Shown: piece after piece, positions 35,964 to 40,647 of the stretch
How the letters are laid out: every line of letters starts with the position of its first letter
Numbering within the stretch: the first letter of the stretch is position 1
Source of the DNA: a virus
UHGV virus genome: UHGV-0183130
Reading direction: 5' to 3' (one strand)
DNA length: 40,647 bases
Notes under the pieces: generated by a model
The model's database searches: none
What the model saw: the letters and a program-made list of their open reading frames with translations, nothing else
What the model was told of the DNA's origin: nothing
Translations under genes and position numbers: made by a program

Positions 35964-36503
35964 ATGAGCTACATTCAGACATTATCCGGCAAACATTTTA
36001 ATTACCTCGATATCCAACAGGACGATATCGTGATCGAAGATATCGCTACCGCGTTGTCTCATATCTGCCGCTTTGCTGGGCATCTTCCTGAGTTTTACAG
36101 CGTCGGCCAGCATAGCGTTTTAACCAGCCATCTCGTTCCGCAGGAGTTTGCATTAGAAGCACTGCTTCATGATGCCGCCGAAGCATACCTGCAGGATATC
36201 CCCTCACCGCTTAAGCGCCTGTTACCGGATTACCAGGTGATCGAAGCTCGCGTAGACGCTGCTATTCGCCAGAAATTTGGCCTTCCTATGGAGCAACACC
36301 CAACCGTGAAATATGCCGATCTGGTGATGCTCGCCAGCGAACGCCGCGATTTTGAAATTGACGAAGGTTCCGTGTGGCCATGCCTCAATGGCGTTGTCCC
36401 GACGGACCTATTCATCATCAACCCAGTTCGTCCAGGCCAGTCATACGGCATGTTCATAAATCGCTTTAATGAGTTGATGGAGCAGCGCCAATGTGCCGCA
36501 TGA
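35964..36503 (+). CDS. HD-domain phosphohydrolase (YfdR-like 5'-deoxynucleotidase)
   Basis: Start at ATG 35964 (SD GGAG): MSYIQTLSGKHFNYLD...ICRFAGH...LLHDAAEAY fits HD-domain metal-binding His/Asp pattern and remembered YfdR. Confidence 0.6.
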   Translation: MSYIQTLSGKHFNYLDIQQDDIVIEDIATALSHICRFAGHLPEFYSVGQHSVLTSHLVPQEFALEALLHDAAEAYLQDIPSPLKRLLPDYQVIEARVDAAIRQKFGLPMEQHPTVKYADLVMLASERRDFEIDEGSVWPCLNGVVPTDLFIINPVRPGQSYGMFINRFNELMEQRQCAA

Positions 36504-36667
36504 AGGTAAAAGAACTCGTAGCGGAGGCTTTTGCCTCCGTTGCTGAATTGCCACCAAAGCATGCACCGCTTATGCGCGAAGTCGCCACCAGACTGGACAC
36601 TACGTTCGCAGCATTAAAAGAGTCTCTGGTGCAACTGGAACAGGAACGTAAAGGTAAAACGCCATGA
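36500..36667 (+). CDS. Small ORF (55 aa), translationally coupled on both sides
   Basis: ATG overlaps the YfdR-like stop (ATGA) and its stop overlaps the next ATG (ATGA); MKVKELVAEAF...; below the ORF-track length cut-off. Confidence 0.3.
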   Translation: MKVKELVAEAFASVAELPPKHAPLMREVATRLDTTFAALKESLVQLEQERKGKTP

Positions 36668-36918
36668 CCGTATTTGAATATCTCCAGGCTCATCCGAATA
36701 CCACCAGCGGTGAAATCGCCAAAGGTATGAACAAAACTACGCCAGCGGTCGCCGGAGCATTATCGCAACTCTATGGCACAGGCCGGATCGTGAAGTCTGG
36801 TGTTCGCAAGGGCATTCCAACATACCGTGTTAACGATATGCCGTTTGGGTGTAGTAACAGCCTAACCATGATGTTTAACCAGCTATTGAATAGAGCCAGA
36901 CAGGGAAGCGCGCTATGA
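36664..36918 (+). CDS. Small winged-helix DNA-binding protein (MarR-like wHTH)
   Basis: 84 aa; FEYLQAHPNTTSGEIAKGMNKTTPAVAGALSQLYGTGRIV is a typical wHTH recognition-helix/wing layout; coupled (ATGA) to flanking ORFs. Confidence 0.45.
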   Translation: MTVFEYLQAHPNTTSGEIAKGMNKTTPAVAGALSQLYGTGRIVKSGVRKGIPTYRVNDMPFGCSNSLTMMFNQLLNRARQGSAL

Positions 36919-37991
36919 GCAAATCGAGTATGGAGTATTACTTCGAGTTCCCTGCCTCTCGCGGCTTGCAGGGGGATACGCTTATTCTTTTGATGAACGT
37001 TCCAGGACGAACCCTATCCCGCGTACTGGCATCTGATAATTACGGACACACGCTTGAGCGTTCTCAGCGTGAACTCAATAAATCACGCGTAAAAAATTTT
37101 TACGAATACCTAGTGGCAGCTGCTGAAAATAAGGAGCCTTTCATCATCCCACCACTGGTTGGTAACTGTGCTTCACATGTGGAGTTTGAAGAGTTCGGCA
37201 ATACAAACGTAGGCGTTGTTCGGTTCCCAATGGACGCAGAAATTAAACTTTTTGATGGGCAACATCGTGGTGCAGGTATAACCATGTTCTGCAGAGAATA
37301 CGATACACCCCTGTTTGTACCTTTGATGATGACTCTGCAACTACCACTGAAGACACGCCAGCAATTTTTCTCTGATATCAATAACAACGTATCTAAGCCT
37401 TCTGCAGCAATAAATATGGCTTATAACGGCAGGGATCAGGTTGCCCAGACAATGGTGTCATTCCTCTCCACTCACTCAGTGTTCTCCGAGATCACCGATT
37501 TTGAACACAGCGTGGTTCCGGCAAAAAGTGACCTCTGGATTAGTTTTAAGGCCGTTGGTGATGCAACTGCTAAATTCGCGGGTAACGGGGACGATGCGCT
37601 GTCTACTGGCGATATTTATGACCTTTGGGAAGCGTGGCTGAAGCTGACGGCTATTGATGGTATCCGACACGGTGTATCACCAGCTGAATACAAGCGAGAT
37701 TACATCCAATTCCATGCGGTGATGATCAATGCGTTTGGCTATGCAGTCCAGGAACTACTGAGGCGTCGCCCTGCGCATATCATCGTGCAGATGATCGAAG
37801 AACTGGTAACAAAAGCCACAATGACCGAGCTGGAAGACTTCTTCCTTATCTCTTCATGGGATGGTGTTTGTGCTGATGCCAGCAAAGAAAGAGCCACGGT
37901 AATTGCCAGCGTTCCGGCACAGAAAGCTGCAGCACAAAGGCTTGCAATGGCTATCACAGCAGGGACATTCGCAATGGAGGCAGCCCAATGA
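36915..37991 (+). CDS. DGQHR-domain protein (DndB-like / ParB-like fold)
   Basis: 358 aa with the signature FDGQHRGAGI; coupled by ATGA overlaps to the wHTH gene upstream and the Ea22-like gene downstream. Confidence 0.6.
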   Translation: MSKSSMEYYFEFPASRGLQGDTLILLMNVPGRTLSRVLASDNYGHTLERSQRELNKSRVKNFYEYLVAAAENKEPFIIPPLVGNCASHVEFEEFGNTNVGVVRFPMDAEIKLFDGQHRGAGITMFCREYDTPLFVPLMMTLQLPLKTRQQFFSDINNNVSKPSAAINMAYNGRDQVAQTMVSFLSTHSVFSEITDFEHSVVPAKSDLWISFKAVGDATAKFAGNGDDALSTGDIYDLWEAWLKLTAIDGIRHGVSPAEYKRDYIQFHAVMINAFGYAVQELLRRRPAHIIVQMIEELVTKATMTELEDFFLISSWDGVCADASKERATVIASVPAQKAAAQRLAMAITAGTFAMEAAQ

Positions 37992-38458
37992 CAGCACTCA
38001 ACAAACAGGCGCTGCGCCAAACAGCAGAGAAAGCCACCCAGGGCGAATGGTGGTCCGATGTTGTCGAAACTGACGGTGAATACGGCGAGGGTGAAGACAG
38101 AGCGTCTGGATACCACTCATACGCGGTTTACGTCGGTAGCGAGTCATTGCTCGACATGACCAATTCCACAGCAGCGTGCATTCACGAAGAGTTGGATCAC
38201 GATTACCACATGGCTTGGGATGAGACAGCCAAACGCAACGCAGAATTCATCGCCGCCGCTAACCCTGCCACTGTGCTGGCGCTGCTGGATGAGCTGGAAA
38301 TTGCAGAGAAGCGCATAGCAGAACTGGTGGCGCGGACCGTGACGCTGCCGACGCCGTACCCGAAAGGTTACGGGCTAGTTTCTGATAAATATAACTTTGC
38401 ACTGGAAGAATGTGCCGACGCAATCCGCGCCGCTGGCATTGGCGTGAAGGGGGAATGA
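37988..38458 (+). CDS. Ead/Ea22-like protein
   Basis: 156 aa; C-terminal AANPATVLALLDELEIAEKRIAEL resembles the conserved motif of Ea22-family phage proteins. Confidence 0.45.
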   Translation: MTALNKQALRQTAEKATQGEWWSDVVETDGEYGEGEDRASGYHSYAVYVGSESLLDMTNSTAACIHEELDHDYHMAWDETAKRNAEFIAAANPATVLALLDELEIAEKRIAELVARTVTLPTPYPKGYGLVSDKYNFALEECADAIRAAGIGVKGE

Positions 38459-38931
38459 TGGCAGAGCAAATAATTTTGGATGTGTGTTGTGGCTCCCGCA
38501 TGTTCTGGTTCAACAAGCAGGACACCCGCGCCGTGTTCACTGATATCCGCGCCGAAGAGCACGAACTGTGCGACGGTCGCCGCCTGGTTATCAGTCCAGA
38601 CCTGATTGCCGACTTTCGTTCATTGCCGTTCGCTGATTCTTCTTTTCCGGTTGTGGTGTTTGACCCGCCGCACCTGGAACGCGTGGGCCAGTCTGCCTGG
38701 ATGGGTAAAAAGTACGGGCGATTGAACAAAAAAACGTGGCGTTCTGATTTGCGCGCCGGTTTCAAAGAAGCGTTTCGGGTGCTGTGGCCACGCGGCGTGC
38801 TTATTTTCAAATGGAACGAAACACAAATCCCAGTTAGCCAGATTCTGGCTCTTACAGATGTGAAACCTGCAATTGGTCAGCGTACCGGGAAGAACGACAA
38901 AACCCACTGGATTATCTTTGTGAAGGACTAA
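38455..38931 (+). CDS. Small amino-methyltransferase-like protein (DPPH motif), putative DNA methyltransferase (YfdM-like)
   Basis: SAM-binding-like ILDVCCGSRMF and catalytic-type VVVFDPPH motif; ATG overlaps upstream stop (ATGA). Confidence 0.55.
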   Translation: MMAEQIILDVCCGSRMFWFNKQDTRAVFTDIRAEEHELCDGRRLVISPDLIADFRSLPFADSSFPVVVFDPPHLERVGQSAWMGKKYGRLNKKTWRSDLRAGFKEAFRVLWPRGVLIFKWNETQIPVSQILALTDVKPAIGQRTGKNDKTHWIIFVKD

Positions 38932-38934
38932 CCC

Positions 38935-39237
38935 ATGACAACTAACAACCACCCGGCGCACGGTCCTGTATCACTCGATCGCCTGCACCAGATACACGAA
39001 ATACTCAGCAAAGCAGTAGCACAAAGCGACGGCGGTAATCTCGGCTACGCAATGGCTGATGCTGTGAAGGTGATTGATGGGGCTATTGCGGCGTTTGATG
39101 CTGAGCCTGTGGCTGACGTCGTGGCATGGTCATCGCCGAACGAGGAAAGAACCTGCGATATCCGATGGCGTCATCACGATGTTGCGCCTGGTCCGCTCTA
39201 TGCTGTCCCACTTATGCCAACCAGCAGTAAATTATAA
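38935..39237 (+). CDS. Hypothetical protein
   Basis: 100 aa ORF with GAAGGA SD between the methyltransferase-like gene and xis; no recognisable motif. Confidence 0.4.
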   Translation: MTTNNHPAHGPVSLDRLHQIHEILSKAVAQSDGGNLGYAMADAVKVIDGAIAAFDAEPVADVVAWSSPNEERTCDIRWRHHDVAPGPLYAVPLMPTSSKL

Positions 39238-39278
39238 TTTTGTAAGCCCGGGTGCAGCCGGGTTGTATGGAGAAAATA

Positions 39279-39515
39279 ATGTCGCGAATGATCCCTTTAC
39301 TTGACTGGGCAAAAGAGGAATTTGGAGAGCAAGCACCAAGTGAACGCATATTGAAAAAATATGCAAAGGGAAAAATGATGGCTCCTCCAGCAATTAAGGT
39401 TGGTCGCTGCTGGATGGTTGATCGTAATGCCCGATTTGTAGGAATGCTTGCAGAACCGAAAATTCCGACTTCGGCCAGCCCAAGATTACAACGGATAATT
39501 GCTGATGGCTGCTAG
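39279..39515 (+). CDS. xis: Excisionase-like protein
   Basis: About 78 aa from ATG 39279 (SD GGAG); immediately upstream of and overlapping int; KVGRCWMVDRNARFVG fits small excisionase DNA-binding proteins. Confidence 0.5.
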   Translation: MSRMIPLLDWAKEEFGEQAPSERILKKYAKGKMMAPPAIKVGRCWMVDRNARFVGMLAEPKIPTSASPRLQRIIADGC

Positions 39516-40647
39516 ACCACGCACTCACAAAATACCAATCCCTAACCTGTACTGCAAATTGGATAAGCGCACCGGTAAGGTATATTGGCAATATAAACAT
39601 CCTATTTCAGGTCGTTTTCACAGCCTTGGAACCGATGAATCCGAGGCTAAACAAGTCGCCACAGAAGCTAACATAATCATAGCTGAACAGCGAACTAGGC
39701 AGATCTTGAGCGTGAATGATCGCCTGGCACGGATGAAAGGCAGGCGCACTGATATTACGGTTACTGAGTGGCTCGATAAATACATAGGCATTCAGGAGGA
39801 AAGGCTTAAAAATAACGAGCTTAAACCAAACTCCTTTCTTCAAAAAGGTAAGCCTGTCCGTTTATTCAGAGAACACTGCGGCCTGCAGCATCTAAAGGAT
39901 ATTTCAGCTCTCGATATTGCAGAAATAACTGATGCCATTAAAGCCGAAGGCCACAATCGCATGGCTCAGGTAGTTAGAATGGTGCTCATCGATGTTTTTA
40001 AAGAGGCGCAACATGCCGGACACGTTGCCCCCGGATACAATCCGGCGCAAGCCACTAAGCAACCGAGAAATAGAATAACAAGGCAGCGTCTTTCCTTTGA
40101 TGAATGGAGTGTTATTTATAAGACGGCGGAACAGCAGCAGCCTTATCTTCAGTGTGGCATGTTATTAGCCCTAATCACTGGTCAGCGTCTTGGTGATATA
40201 TGCAATATGAAATTCACCGATGTATGGGATGACATGCTCCATATCGAGCAGGAAAAAACAGGTTCTCGTCTGGCTATTCCGTTAGATCTTAGATGCGAGG
40301 TGCTGGGCCTCACTCTCAGGGATGTTATTTCAAAATGTCGGGATGCGGTTGTCAGTAAATATCTTGTCCATTTCAGGCACACCACATCCCAGGCCAATAG
40401 AGGTGATCGAGTGTCGAGCAGCTGCCTGACATCCACTTTTAAAAAAGCCAGAGACAAAAGCGGCCTAGAGTGGAAAAACGGTACGCCCCCAACTTTCCAT
40501 GAACAGCGTTCTTTATCGGAGCGACTGTATCGTGAACAGGGTCTGGATACTCAGAAACTGCTGGGGCACAAGTCCAGAAAAATGACGGATAAGTATAACG
40601 ACGATCGAGGGAAAGACTGGGTCGTTGTTGGGGTAAAAACGGGGTAA
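39505..40647 (+). CDS. int: Tyrosine integrase, lambda Int family
   Basis: C-terminal catalytic region parallels lambda Int (ITGQRLGDICNMKFTDV, PPTFHEQRSLSERLY, LLGHKS, DKYNDDRGKDW); track ORF begins at TTG 39499, first ATG at 39505; stop codon is the last three bases of the window. Confidence 0.85.
   Translation: MAARPRTHKIPIPNLYCKLDKRTGKVYWQYKHPISGRFHSLGTDESEAKQVATEANIIIAEQRTRQILSVNDRLARMKGRRTDITVTEWLDKYIGIQEERLKNNELKPNSFLQKGKPVRLFREHCGLQHLKDISALDIAEITDAIKAEGHNRMAQVVRMVLIDVFKEAQHAGHVAPGYNPAQATKQPRNRITRQRLSFDEWSVIYKTAEQQQPYLQCGMLLALITGQRLGDICNMKFTDVWDDMLHIEQEKTGSRLAIPLDLRCEVLGLTLRDVISKCRDAVVSKYLVHFRHTTSQANRGDRVSSSCLTSTFKKARDKSGLEWKNGTPPTFHEQRSLSERLYREQGLDTQKLLGHKSRKMTDKYNDDRGKDWVVVGVKTG

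Larger units (their letters stand above)
1..40647 (-). mobile_element. Lambdoid prophage, nearly complete (J to int), late operon on minus strand; both ends beyond window
   Basis: Lambda gene order and strong protein similarity across packaging, head and tail genes; cos site; cI/cro immunity region; integrase at right edge. attL/attR not in window. Confidence 0.9.

Noticed and set aside
1-40647. CRISPR arrays, rRNA genes, IS elements
   Set aside because: No regularly spaced direct repeats with unique spacers, no rRNA-like conserved stretches, and no transposase-like ORF with terminal inverted repeats seen; the only repeat arrays found are the origin iterons and operator motifs.

Overview
The whole 40.6 kb window is one nearly complete lambda-like (lambdoid siphovirus) prophage from an enterobacterial host, lying inverted relative to the usual lambda map; it starts inside tail gene J and ends exactly at the stop codon of int, so both attachment sites are outside the window. 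Low to high coordinates: J (3' end cut by the window edge), I, an inserted accessory module (lipoprotein, two antirepressor-like genes, divergent Arc-like and Mnt-like repressors), K, L, M, tape measure H, G/GT chaperone, V, U, Z, FII, FI, E, D, C, B, W, A, Nu1 (all minus strand), a lambda-type cos site, an AT-rich cargo island, a lysis cassette (Rz/Rz1, SAR-type endolysin, pinholin-like holin), a Q-like gene, a nin-like region (DUF968, Rha, RusA, two orphan DNA methyltransferases), an O-like initiator with internal iterons, a CII-position regulator, cro, cI, then a plus-strand early-left operon (YfdP/YfdQ/YfdR-like genes, a DGQHR/DndB-like protein, Ea22-like protein, a third small methyltransferase-like gene), xis and int. 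No rRNA, tRNA or CRISPR array was found. Protein calls come from reading the supplied ORF translations against remembered lambda, P22 and E. coli prophage proteins; no database search was run, so family names are recollection-based. Coordinates follow the ORF track convention (stop codon included); several starts were moved to internal ATG codons with better Shine-Dalgarno sequences. The most interesting parts are accessory: the translationally coupled early-left chain around the DGQHR protein, the AT-rich island between cos and the lysis genes, the P22 immI-like module inside the tail cluster, and a possibly protein-independent antitermination leader after pL.
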